Part shown: piece by piece, positions 36,525 through 45,236 of the stretch | Layout: every line of letters starts with the position of its first letter | Position numbering within the stretch: the first letter of the stretch is position 1 | NCBI GenBank assembly: GCA_038145765.1 | Contig: JAYQQG010000003.1 | Location: 8,485-72,484, forward strand | Origin: Verrucomicrobiales bacterium | GTDB taxonomy: Bacteria; Verrucomicrobiota; Verrucomicrobiia; Limisphaerales; UBA1100 | Length of the DNA stretch: 64,000 bases | Direction of reading: 5' to 3' | The notes under the pieces: model-generated | What the model saw: only the letters and a program-made list of their open reading frames with translations | The model's database searches: none | What the model was told of the DNA's origin: nothing | Position numbers and translations under genes: made by a program

Positions 36525-37682
36525 CTACTTATTGGGACGCCTCGCTTGAGCGATCACTTGGGGAAGCAACGCGCACACCCGTTCCACTTCGGCACGGGAA
36601 GAATCTCGGCCCAAAGACAAGCGAACCAACGAGTTTGCGGAGGAATCCGGGGCCCCAGTAGCTTTGACCACGTGCGAAGGCGTTACAGAACCACTCGAAC
36701 AGGCGGACCCGCTGGAAGCACAAATACCCACAAGATCCAAACCACTGAGCAAAGCAATGCTATCTGAATCTTCAACGATAAAGGAAACCGTGTTTTGCAA
36801 TCTTCCTCCTGAAATCCTGTCTCCAATGAACGAAGCGCCCTCAATGGAATCAAGGGTCTGGATCACGAGGCAGGAGAGATCGCTGAGCAGAGCCATCGGA
36901 AAAACGGGGGAGGGGACAAACCGCTCAACGGCATCAGCCAAGCCGAGGATGGCCGGGAGATTTTCAGTGCCGGCGCGGCGTTCATTTTCATGGGCGCCTC
37001 CGTGCACGATCGGATCCGGATTTAGGGGAGACTTGGCAAAAAGCAGGCCGGCACCTTTGGGTCCATGAAATTTATGGGCACAGAGCGAAACAAGATCCGC
37101 GTTAAAGGCTTCAATTCCGCCAAGAGGCAGTTTGCCGAACCATTGAACGGCATCCGAATGAAACAGAACGCCTTTTTCTGCACACAGAGCACCGATTTCA
37201 GAGACCGGCTGAATCGTTCCCAGCTCATTATTGGCCGCCATGACGCTCACCAACACCGTATCCGGCCGAAATGCGGACCGGACAGCATCGATAGAGACAC
37301 GGCCCACAGAGTCCACAGGCAGAACGGAGACCTCGAAACCCTCGTTATTCGCAAGATATTCACAAGGGTGCAAAACCGCATGATGTTCAATTGCGGTGGT
37401 GATGATGTGACGGCCAGAGCCACGTAATTGGCGCGCCATGCCGAGCAGCGCAAGGTTCGTGCTTTCGCTGCCGCCACTGGTAAAGATGAGTTCGCTGGGC
37501 TTACAGTTCAGCGTGGCGGCGATGCGTTCACGGGCATCATCCAGCAGGGCACGGGCGGCCTGACCGATGTGATGCACACTCGAAGGATTGCCCCACGCGA
37601 CATCAAAAGCGGGCTGCATGGCCTCGCGCACAACGGCATCCAGCGGCGTTGTAGCGTTGTAATCCAAATAAATCGTGCGCAC
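36525..37682 (-). CDS. Cysteine desulfurase (NifS/IscS type, canonical)
   Basis: 'YLDYNATTPL', 'SLCAHKFHGPKGAGLL' (PLP Lys present), 'RAGTEN' and 'SSGSACSSGS' motifs. Confidence 0.88.
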   Translation of the reverse strand: MRTIYLDYNATTPLDAVVREAMQPAFDVAWGNPSSVHHIGQAARALLDDARERIAATLNCKPSELIFTSGGSESTNLALLGMARQLRGSGRHIITTAIEHHAVLHPCEYLANNEGFEVSVLPVDSVGRVSIDAVRSAFRPDTVLVSVMAANNELGTIQPVSEIGALCAEKGVLFHSDAVQWFGKLPLGGIEAFNADLVSLCAHKFHGPKGAGLLFAKSPLNPDPIVHGGAHENERRAGTENLPAILGLADAVERFVPSPVFPMALLSDLSCLVIQTLDSIEGASFIGDRISGGRLQNTVSFIVEDSDSIALLSGLDLVGICASSGSACSSGSVTPSHVVKATGAPDSSANSLVRLSLGRDSSRAEVERVCALLPQVIAQARRPNK

Positions 37683-37711
37683 GGCCTGTGTTTACTGCAT
37701 ACTCCGCCGCG

Positions 37712-38530
37712 ATGCCAGACTGGCTTCAAGTCGTACTTCTCGGAATCATTGAAGGCATCACCGAATTCCTGCCTATTTCATCCACAGGCCATTTACTGCT
37801 GGCAGAACAATGGCTGGGCACACGTTCTGAATGTTTTACCGTCTTTATCCAAAGCGGTGCGGTATTAGCGGTCCTGGCGGTATTCAAGGAGCGCGTTCGC
37901 GAAATGGTTTTTCAATGGAACAAGCCGGAAACACGCGATTTCCTCATAAAAATGGGGGTTTCCTTCATGATCACCGCAGTCGGCGGCCTATCGCTGAAGA
38001 AGGCGGGATGGGAATTGGAAAATGCGGCCGAACCCATCGGATGGGCGCTGTTGATGGGCGGCGTGCTCTTTATCGTCATCGAACGGCAACAATCAAAGAA
38101 AAAACAGCCCGCTGAAAGCAGCGACCATTTATTGGCCCGCATCACGTGGACCGTCGCAATCGCCTTTGGGCTGGCGCAGTTGGTGGCGATGGTGTTTCCA
38201 GGCGCCTCACGCAGTGGGGCGACGATACTGATCGGGCTATGCCTCGGTATGGCACGGCGCGAAGCGGTGGAGTTTTCCTTTTTGTTGGGGGTCCCCACAT
38301 TACTGTCAGCCGGCGTGTACCAATTGGCTTCAGCGATAAAGGAAGCCCCAGACGCCGTCCGCGCGGAGGCACCTATGTTGCTCTTGGGGACGGTGATCTC
38401 CGCCCTCACCGCCTTTGCAGCAGTGAAATGGTTGCTTTCGTATTTGCAGAAAAACAATTTTGTCGTCTTCGGATGGTATCGAATTGTCCTTGGAGCGGCG
38501 GTCTTGGTTTATGCCCTGAACGGGGCGTAA
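37712..38530 (+). CDS. uppP: Undecaprenyl-diphosphate phosphatase
   Basis: 'GIIEGITEFLPISSTGHLLL' and 'PGASRSGATI' motifs. Start set to 'MPDWLQ'. Confidence 0.9.
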   Translation: MPDWLQVVLLGIIEGITEFLPISSTGHLLLAEQWLGTRSECFTVFIQSGAVLAVLAVFKERVREMVFQWNKPETRDFLIKMGVSFMITAVGGLSLKKAGWELENAAEPIGWALLMGGVLFIVIERQQSKKKQPAESSDHLLARITWTVAIAFGLAQLVAMVFPGASRSGATILIGLCLGMARREAVEFSFLLGVPTLLSAGVYQLASAIKEAPDAVRAEAPMLLLGTVISALTAFAAVKWLLSYLQKNNFVVFGWYRIVLGAAVLVYALNGA

Positions 38531-38576
38531 AAGGCGCTTTTCCCCGATTTATTCACAGGGCATTGAAACCGACAAA

Positions 38577-39242
38577 TTACGGAGCGGGCATCCGCTCCAG
38601 AGCATCCAGCCGAGGTTGAAGGAGTTCCTGAATTGCGGGGGTATCCTCAAAGAAAACGCCGGAAAAAGTCATCATAAACACCCGTTTTCCTTTAATCGCC
38701 GTGAAGGAATTACCAATCGGCGCCCCATGAACATACAGCACATGAAAGCTGGATTGATCTCCCCAGCGAAACAGATCATTACGCTCCATTTGGGATGTGC
38801 CGCTTTGCGAGTTAAACCCGATGTTCAAACCCAATTGAACGCCTTTGTATGAAATGAGAGCATCAGAAGAATTGGGCTCCACCGTGACGGAACAGGAAAC
38901 GTAAGGGGCATCCGGATTATCCGGATCATCAAATTCGTACTCCATGTCATAGGAGCGATCCAAATATCGTTGTTTAACAACCGTCTCCTTGGATAAATCC
39001 GGCTCAAATCCTTCCATCCACTCCGACAAGATGGACACCGTCATCAACGCGGAACGATCATCCGAGGATAGGGCCTCATCTTTGGCCGTGAAAATAAACA
39101 GGGCCCCGCCGCCCAATACGAACAACAACCCTAATAGCGCTGCCCCCATCAGTCCCAACACCAGATACAGACCCGTACGCGACTTCGGCGGCCCCGGGGG
39201 GTGCGCGTGCAGCGGTAAAACCGGCGGCACATCCGATTTCAT
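38577..39242 (-). CDS. Hypothetical single-pass membrane protein
   Basis: Pro-rich N-terminus, TM helix 'LYLVLGLMGAALLGLLFVLGGGALFIF', and a ~160 aa extracytoplasmic domain. No family recognised. Confidence 0.45.
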   Translation of the reverse strand: MKSDVPPVLPLHAHPPGPPKSRTGLYLVLGLMGAALLGLLFVLGGGALFIFTAKDEALSSDDRSALMTVSILSEWMEGFEPDLSKETVVKQRYLDRSYDMEYEFDDPDNPDAPYVSCSVTVEPNSSDALISYKGVQLGLNIGFNSQSGTSQMERNDLFRWGDQSSFHVLYVHGAPIGNSFTAIKGKRVFMMTFSGVFFEDTPAIQELLQPRLDALERMPAP

Positions 39243-39320
39243 GCCACAGGCTAAGACAAACCCGTCAGGGAGACAACAAAACAGCCTTTGCCGCATCAGC
39301 AGAACCTGTCAAAAAAGGAG

Positions 39321-40382
39321 ATGCGCTTCTTGTGGATGATGATCTTCACTCCGGCTCTTTGGGCGGCCACCATCCAAACCATTGCCGGCAACGGCAAAGC
39401 GGGCTACACGGGCGATGGAGGCACCGCCACCCATGCACAGCTCAAAGGGCCCTTTGGGGTCACCCAAGGGCCGGATGGAGCGCTTTATATTTGTGACACC
39501 TACAACCACGTGATCCGGCGCGTGGATGCGAACGGTCGAATCAGCACCGTTGCCGGCACCGGACACAAAGGGTACGCGGGCGATGGCGGACCCGCGACGA
39601 AAGCCCAATTGAACGAGCCCTATGAAGTACGGTTTGATGCCGCCAACAACATGGTGTTTGTAGAGATGATGAATCATCTTATACGGCGAGTCGATGCCAA
39701 GACCGGGCGCATTAGTACCCTTGCAGGCACCGGGAAGAGAGGGTTTAGCGGCGATTCGGGGCCTGCCACTCAGGCTACCTTGAACCGGCCTCACAGTATC
39801 CAGTTTGGCCCAAGTGGCCATTTGTACATCTGCGATATCGGCAATCACCGCATTCGCCGGGTGGATGCGAAGTCCGGAAATATCACGACCTTCGCCGGCA
39901 CCGGCGAACGCAAACCCACCCCAGACGGGGCCAGGATTCAGGGAGTTTCATTAAATGGCCCACGGGCGATTGATTTTGAGGGCCACCAACTGTGGCTTGC
40001 TCTGCGCGAAGGCAATGCCGTGTACCGGCTCGATCTCCAGCGCGGCACTATTCATCACGAGGCGGGCACGGGGAAAAAAGGATTCACCGGCAACGGCGGG
40101 CCCGCCAAGGCCGCCACGCTTTCCGGCCCCAAGGGGATCGCGGTGGGCCCACGAGGAAATATCTATCTGGCGGATACCGAAAGCCACACTGTGCGCATGA
40201 TTGATCGCCAAACCGGACGGCTGGAATTGATCGCGGGCGACGGAATGAAAGGCGATGGCCCTGAAGGGAATGACCCGGAGCGCTGTCGCATGGATCGGCT
40301 CCACGGGATATTTGTGGATGAGAAAGGGGCGATCTACGTGGGCGATACCAACACCCATCGCGTCAGACTGATTCGCCGCTAA
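39321..40382 (+). CDS. NHL-repeat beta-propeller protein, secreted
   Basis: Six repeats of 'G.G..GY.GDGGPAT.A.LN.P..V..D..G.LYI.D..NH.IRRVD'. Signal peptide 'MRFLWMMIFTPALWA'. Confidence 0.75.
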   Translation: MRFLWMMIFTPALWAATIQTIAGNGKAGYTGDGGTATHAQLKGPFGVTQGPDGALYICDTYNHVIRRVDANGRISTVAGTGHKGYAGDGGPATKAQLNEPYEVRFDAANNMVFVEMMNHLIRRVDAKTGRISTLAGTGKRGFSGDSGPATQATLNRPHSIQFGPSGHLYICDIGNHRIRRVDAKSGNITTFAGTGERKPTPDGARIQGVSLNGPRAIDFEGHQLWLALREGNAVYRLDLQRGTIHHEAGTGKKGFTGNGGPAKAATLSGPKGIAVGPRGNIYLADTESHTVRMIDRQTGRLELIAGDGMKGDGPEGNDPERCRMDRLHGIFVDEKGAIYVGDTNTHRVRLIRR

Positions 40383-40416
40383 ACCGCCATTCTCTTGGGA
40401 GGCAGTCAGGCGCCGG

Positions 40417-41538
40417 CTAAAACTGGTAGATCAAATTCAAGTGCCAGGACTGATCATTTTCTCGGCCGTTCACGCGCACGCGGGTGTGATCCCAGCGCCA
40501 TTCCGCGCGCGAGACGGTGTTCGGCCAAAGCGCATACTCCACAGTTGTCGTGAGCCCATAACCATCCGCCTGTTCGGAGGCACTTTCACCGGAAAACAAT
40601 CTCGCCCCGTCCTCAAACCGTTCACCGCGCACATGCCAGGTCGTGCGCTCATTGGCGTGATAACTGAGGTGCGCGCCCCAAACCGTGTCGTCATTGCCCG
40701 AACCATTCAGCATCCGGGCATCGTAGGTGAACGCCAGTGACCATAGGTCCGAAGGCAACGGCAGGCTGGCGGCGAGGTAGAGATTCTGCACTGGGGTTGT
40801 GCCCGTGCGTTCCCGGCCGTTGACATATCCGAGCGAGAGCGCCGTCCCCTTCCCGGGGCCAAACTGTTCGGGCAGCAGCCAAGTCAGGCCGGCGAGAAAC
40901 GTCTTGCGGTCCGTATTGGCCGGGGCGCCGTTGATGCGGGCATCCACGGAGTTGGCCACGCCTAATGACAACAGGAAATCACTCTCACCGTTTTCCAGCA
41001 CATCCACGCCCGGATACATCGCGAGGAGACCGGTGTGAATGGTGGGCTCAATCGTGTAGCCCCAGGAATGGGTGTAGTGGTTGTTCAATGCGCGATCGGA
41101 GGATTCAAACCCCAACAGCGAATCGAAGGCCCCCACCCGAAGATCCACACTCCGGGTTGCGCCCGTATGACGCGGATCACCCAAGGGAACGCGGAAATCC
41201 AGGTAAGCCAGCCGCAGGGCAACGTCATCCGCAGCGTTGCTGGTGCCCAAGTCCGACGCCTGCGGGCCGGCCCAGAGATCTACGCGGTAGCCCGCATCAA
41301 ACAGCCATTCATCCAATGGGCGGCGAAAGGAGAGGCCCACCACATCCAACGTGAAGGAACTGCGGTTCTCATGGGAAAGCGCATAAGGATATGATCCCGA
41401 GCCGGAACCCCCGTGATACGCCGTGCTGATGTAGCCGGAAAAATGAGTGGACGCAGCCAGCGCATCCGCCCCGGCCGGAGCCTCCTGAGCTTGGAGCGGA
41501 AGCCCGCTTAACAATAACATCGCCCAACCCCGCCACAT
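40417..41538 (-). CDS. Putative outer-membrane beta-barrel porin (paralog 2)
   Basis: Signal peptide; alternating hydrophobic beta-strand pattern; C-terminal 'WHLNLIYQF'. It shares 'AGADALAAST..SGY.ST.Y' and 'VSR.EW' blocks with the neighbouring gene. Confidence 0.6.
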   Translation of the reverse strand: MWRGWAMLLLSGLPLQAQEAPAGADALAASTHFSGYISTAYHGGSGSGSYPYALSHENRSSFTLDVVGLSFRRPLDEWLFDAGYRVDLWAGPQASDLGTSNAADDVALRLAYLDFRVPLGDPRHTGATRSVDLRVGAFDSLLGFESSDRALNNHYTHSWGYTIEPTIHTGLLAMYPGVDVLENGESDFLLSLGVANSVDARINGAPANTDRKTFLAGLTWLLPEQFGPGKGTALSLGYVNGRERTGTTPVQNLYLAASLPLPSDLWSLAFTYDARMLNGSGNDDTVWGAHLSYHANERTTWHVRGERFEDGARLFSGESASEQADGYGLTTTVEYALWPNTVSRAEWRWDHTRVRVNGRENDQSWHLNLIYQF

Positions 41539-41580
41539 CCAGCGTCATTAAACGCCAAGCCCCCCAATCCATCAAGGCAC

Positions 41581-41610
41581 AAAAAAACCCTCCCCGTTGC
41601 CGGAGAGGGT
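41581..41610 (-). terminator. Intrinsic terminator of the upstream porin gene
   Basis: On the minus strand: ACCCTC-N12-GAGGGT followed by a T7 run (A-run 41581-87 on +). It separates the two porin paralogs. Confidence 0.6.
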
Positions 41611-41631
41611 TTCAAAGGGTTCTAAGCGAAC

Positions 41632-42696
41632 TTAGAAGCTGTAAACGAGGTTGAACGCGAGCGTGTCGTCGTCGTTCGAACCCTCTTCCTCGGTGCTCAT
41701 CCACTCCACGCGGGAGATCACGTTCTCCCACAGGTCGTAGGTAATACCAACGGCCACGGAGGACAGATCCGTGAGGGAATTAGCATCATCAACACCCCAC
41801 TCGTAACGAGCATTCAGGGTGGCCTTGTCGCTCAGAGTGTAGGCAGCGTAGACCTGGTAGATCTCACCGTCGTTACCGGCTTCAGCGTCCACCCAGTCAG
41901 CGGCGAAGTCCAAAGAGAGACCTTCCACCGGCACGGGGAGACCCACTTGCAGGTACCAGTAATCAACAGCGTTGAGGTCCTGGATGGTTGCACCATAGAG
42001 CTCGGTTCCAGCTAGAGCGCCAGTCCCGTCACCAAGAGTGTAGCTGGCAGTAGCAAGCCAAGCGGCGTTGTTTGCACCACCATTGTTATTGGTAGTGTTA
42101 TTACTGGAATCGTTGACAGCACCAACTTGAACAGCGAGGTCATCAGTCAACTGGTAAGAGGCGACCACACCAGTGTGGTGGGTAGGCTCAGCGTTGAAGG
42201 CGAGACCGCGCTGGAAGAACGCGTTGGCGTTGTACTCATAAGTTTCGTAGCCGACCACGGTTCCGAATTTACCAACCTTAAGGTCGAGGCCGTTACCAAC
42301 AGGCAGACGCAGGTCAATGTTGGCTTGAGTCAGCTCAACGAGATCTCCGTCACCAGCGGTGGTGTTAGCGTTGTTGGTGCTAGTTCCTTGGTCATCCGGA
42401 CCGACCCACAGGCCAACAGTGTAGCCGGTAGCGTACTCGCCGGCACCTTGGGCGCTGGAGAGGGTCAGGCTCACGATGTCCAACTTAAATTGGTCGCGGG
42501 CGTCGCCGTTTTGCTTAGCAATGGCAGTGCTTGAGCCATCAGCCATGGTGTAGCTAGTGCTCACATAACCGCTCAGAGTCGTGGAGGCGGCGAGGGCGTC
42601 GGCGCCCGCGGCAGCTTCTTGAGCCTGAGCAACAGACGAGAGGCTCACTACGCCAGCGGCGGCGAGAGCCATGGTCCATTTATTCATTTTCATCAT
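41632..42696 (-). CDS. Putative outer-membrane beta-barrel porin (paralog 1)
   Basis: Signal peptide 'MKMNKWTMALAAAGVVSLSSVAQA' and C-terminal 'LAFNLVYSF'. Codon usage is noticeably different (many GTT/GCT/ACC-type codons) and there is a long AT-rich upstream region. Confidence 0.65.
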   Translation of the reverse strand: MMKMNKWTMALAAAGVVSLSSVAQAQEAAAGADALAASTTLSGYVSTSYTMADGSSTAIAKQNGDARDQFKLDIVSLTLSSAQGAGEYATGYTVGLWVGPDDQGTSTNNANTTAGDGDLVELTQANIDLRLPVGNGLDLKVGKFGTVVGYETYEYNANAFFQRGLAFNAEPTHHTGVVASYQLTDDLAVQVGAVNDSSNNTTNNNGGANNAAWLATASYTLGDGTGALAGTELYGATIQDLNAVDYWYLQVGLPVPVEGLSLDFAADWVDAEAGNDGEIYQVYAAYTLSDKATLNARYEWGVDDANSLTDLSSVAVGITYDLWENVISRVEWMSTEEEGSNDDDTLAFNLVYSF

Positions 42697-43129
42697 TTGT
42701 TTCCTTTTGCGATAGGTTGTTAACTATTATACTGCAGTTTCAGTAGTTGGGGCCTGCTATAAAAACGAAACCCCACGCCCAAAAAGGCGCTAACGGGGGG
42801 TTTGATAGGTGAATAACTCTCTGCATTCAAGAAAATTTTAAAAAAAATCACGCACGCGTAACAAAGCATCCTTTTCGATGAACGAAGAAAAAGATGATTT
42901 AAATACCCCGTTCTCAGTGTTCACACATCACCGATAGCATTGAAGAATGGGTAAACGGAGCCACTGCCCGGCCCCGAACCAAGAAACGCCATGGATGACC
43001 CTTCATCGGTGAAAAAACAGTGAACAGAATGAATAGCGGCCCGTTTTCACCGTCTTATCTCATGTGCGGCAGCTCTTCTTTCGCCGCGCACGAGGAGGAA
43101 ACGAGACAATATAGACAGGTTGGGTAGCT

Positions 43130-43165
43130 CGCCGGCTCTGGAAACAGACCGGCGGGTTTTTTGTT
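43130..43165 (+). terminator. Orphan intrinsic terminator in the 531-bp intergenic region
   Basis: CGCCGG-C-TCTG GAAA CAGA-CCGGCG followed by GGTTTTTTGTT. No annotated + strand ORF lies upstream. It sits 62 nt before the gamma-CA start. Confidence 0.55.
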
Positions 43166-43227
43166 AAAACACGATTATCAGCACTTTTTGCCGACAAAAC
43201 AGCAAAAACCTGCCAATCTCACGGCCG

Positions 43228-43791
43228 ATGGGCGAATTGGATCCGCAGCTTGACCGGTTTTTGCGCAGCCAACCCTCCTTGGGCGACGGTGTTTATTTAG
43301 CCAGCACGGCGGTGGTGGTGGGTGATGTGACGCTCGGCGATCGATCCAGTGTATGGTATCACGCCGTATTGCGTGGGGATATCAATGCCATCCGCGTCGG
43401 AGCGCATTCCAATATTCAAGATGGGGCCGTGGTCCATTTGGCCGATGATGACCCGTGCGAAATTGGCGACTGGGTCACGGTCGGCCATGGTGCCGTGGTG
43501 CACGCCTGCACCATTGAAGATGAATGCCTGATCGGCATGAACTGCACCATCCTCGACGGCGCGGTGATCGGGGCCCAATCCATTGTCGGCGCGAATGCCC
43601 TCGTCACCGGCGGCACGCGTATTCCCGCCGGTTCCTTGGTCCTCGGCAGTCCGGCCAGAGTCGTGCGCTCTCTGACCGAAGCCGAACGCGCCGACCTCAA
43701 GCCTTGGGCCCAAAAGTACGTGGACAACGCCACCTATTGTCTGAAGCATAACCTGAATGTCGGCTCCCCGCTTTGTACTCTGGGCGAATGA
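43228..43791 (+). CDS. Gamma-class carbonic anhydrase family / hexapeptide-repeat protein (YrdA/PaaY-like)
   Basis: 'VVVGDVTLGDRSSVWYHAVLRGDINAIRVGAHSNIQDGAVVH' is typical of the family. Confidence 0.85.
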   Translation: MGELDPQLDRFLRSQPSLGDGVYLASTAVVVGDVTLGDRSSVWYHAVLRGDINAIRVGAHSNIQDGAVVHLADDDPCEIGDWVTVGHGAVVHACTIEDECLIGMNCTILDGAVIGAQSIVGANALVTGGTRIPAGSLVLGSPARVVRSLTEAERADLKPWAQKYVDNATYCLKHNLNVGSPLCTLGE

Positions 43792-43835
43792 GCTTGCCTC
43801 CGGCCCCCGCCTTTGGCACACAGAACCCCTTCTTT

Positions 43836-43910
43836 GCGCGGTTAGCTCAGTGGTAGAGCATCACCTTGACACGGTGGGGGTCACTGGTTCGAACCCAGTA
43901 CCGCGCACCA
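43836..43910 (+). tRNA. tRNA-Val (anticodon GAC)
   Basis: 75 nt cloverleaf folded by hand: acceptor GCGCGGT/ACCGCGC, D arm GCTC/GAGC, anticodon stem TCACC/GGTGG with loop TTGACAC, T arm ACTGG-TTCGAAC-CCAGT, and an encoded CCA. Confidence 0.93.
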
Positions 43911-43922
43911 TTTTATAATCCA

Positions 43923-45188
43923 CTACGGGCTGGTTGGGGCCTGAGGTTTGGCAGCAAGCGCCCCAGGGTCGATGAAGGTGTAGGTGCCGCCATTTTCCTG
44001 AGCAATGATCATCAGCGTGGCTTCGGTGGTTGTGCCGCGCAGTGGATCGCCCACGGCAAGGGTGTGCACCTTCGTTGCGTGGTTGGCATTGAGGGATTGG
44101 ATCAGTTCGCGGACAGAAGGCTCGCCCTGGCGCACGCGGAATGCTCCGTCGGTTAGGAGAAATAATTCAGTGGGGTTATGGGTGAATGCGGACTTCAAGG
44201 AATCGGACGGATCGGTGCCCCCTCGGGCGCGGCGCGAGTCAATCCACTCGCTCACCTTGGCGATGTTGGCCGGAAGGCTATCCAGCATGATGGGCGACCG
44301 CGTGGCGTTGATGCGCATCGCGTCGTCGCGCTGGTTAAAAAAGTAAACGTAGAATTTCCCCTCGCCGCCCATGGCATGCAGGGATTTGACCAGGGCATCC
44401 TTGGCCATTTGCAGTGGGCCGCCCCACATGCTGCCGGATTTATCGATGATAAACACGACGCGCGCAGAGGGGTCCTGTTCGGCGGTATCGAATCCCATGG
44501 AGGCAAAGGTCCCGCCAGAAAGGTTGGTGACCGTGCCAATGCCGGGGGGTGGATGGGCATGTTTCGCCAGATTGGCCAATAGCGGCCAAGATTGCTCACG
44601 CGGAAACGCCGCAGATATCCCGAGCCGCACGCGGGCATCGACGGGCAGGCCGCCCTCTGCCCCGTCCCAAATATTTTTCCAAGGGGCGACGGGATTCGGA
44701 TCCGCCCGCACCTCGAGCGCAAAGGTTTCTACCCGCGGCAGCAACACCGTGCGGTGGATTTGTGAAGCCCGGTTGGTGTGTGCCAGCAACGGTTGCTGTA
44801 TCATCACCAGTTGGCGTTCGCCATCGACCGTGGGTTCCGTGATAAACTCAATATGGCGAAGTGGGTATGCGCCCAGATTGCGCGCGCCCCAGAAATCGCC
44901 AGGGACTCGACTGATGACGGAGAGCCGACTGAACGACCCCATGGAATCCAAATGCAAGGGTCCATTGGTGTGGTGATCGTACCAGGCGGCTCCCGAGAGC
45001 ACCTGTTCCAGCGCTTCCAGCGTCATGCGTTCGCGATGCGAGTTCTGCGCGGCCGCCTTGCTACTCTCCGTGGCGTTGAGCACCGTTACCCAAGAGGAAT
45101 AAATCATTAGCACAACGATGGAAGTAACGGCCAGGGTGGTCATCAACTCCATCAAGGTAAAACCGGCACTGCGCTGCGTGGGCCTCAT
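43923..45188 (-). CDS. Modular pseudopilin: prepilin-type N-terminus + GspJ-like body + C-terminal vWA domain
   Basis: 'RSAGFTLMELMTTLAVTSIVVLMI' is a class III signal with Glu+5. The C-terminus has 'VVFIIDKSGSM' (DxSGS MIDAS) ... 'LFLLTDGAF'. Confidence 0.7.
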   Translation of the reverse strand: MRPTQRSAGFTLMELMTTLAVTSIVVLMIYSSWVTVLNATESSKAAAQNSHRERMTLEALEQVLSGAAWYDHHTNGPLHLDSMGSFSRLSVISRVPGDFWGARNLGAYPLRHIEFITEPTVDGERQLVMIQQPLLAHTNRASQIHRTVLLPRVETFALEVRADPNPVAPWKNIWDGAEGGLPVDARVRLGISAAFPREQSWPLLANLAKHAHPPPGIGTVTNLSGGTFASMGFDTAEQDPSARVVFIIDKSGSMWGGPLQMAKDALVKSLHAMGGEGKFYVYFFNQRDDAMRINATRSPIMLDSLPANIAKVSEWIDSRRARGGTDPSDSLKSAFTHNPTELFLLTDGAFRVRQGEPSVRELIQSLNANHATKVHTLAVGDPLRGTTTEATLMIIAQENGGTYTFIDPGALAAKPQAPTSP

Positions 45189-45236
45189 GAGACGCTCGGA
45201 ACACTACGCGAACACCAATATAATTCAAGCTTGGGC

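Noticed and set aside
43814-43829. TGGCAC string just upstream of tRNA-Val, considered as another sigma-54 promoter
   Set aside because: The -12 position reads CC rather than GC (TGGCACACAGAACCCC). tRNA genes are not expected to be sigma-54 dependent.
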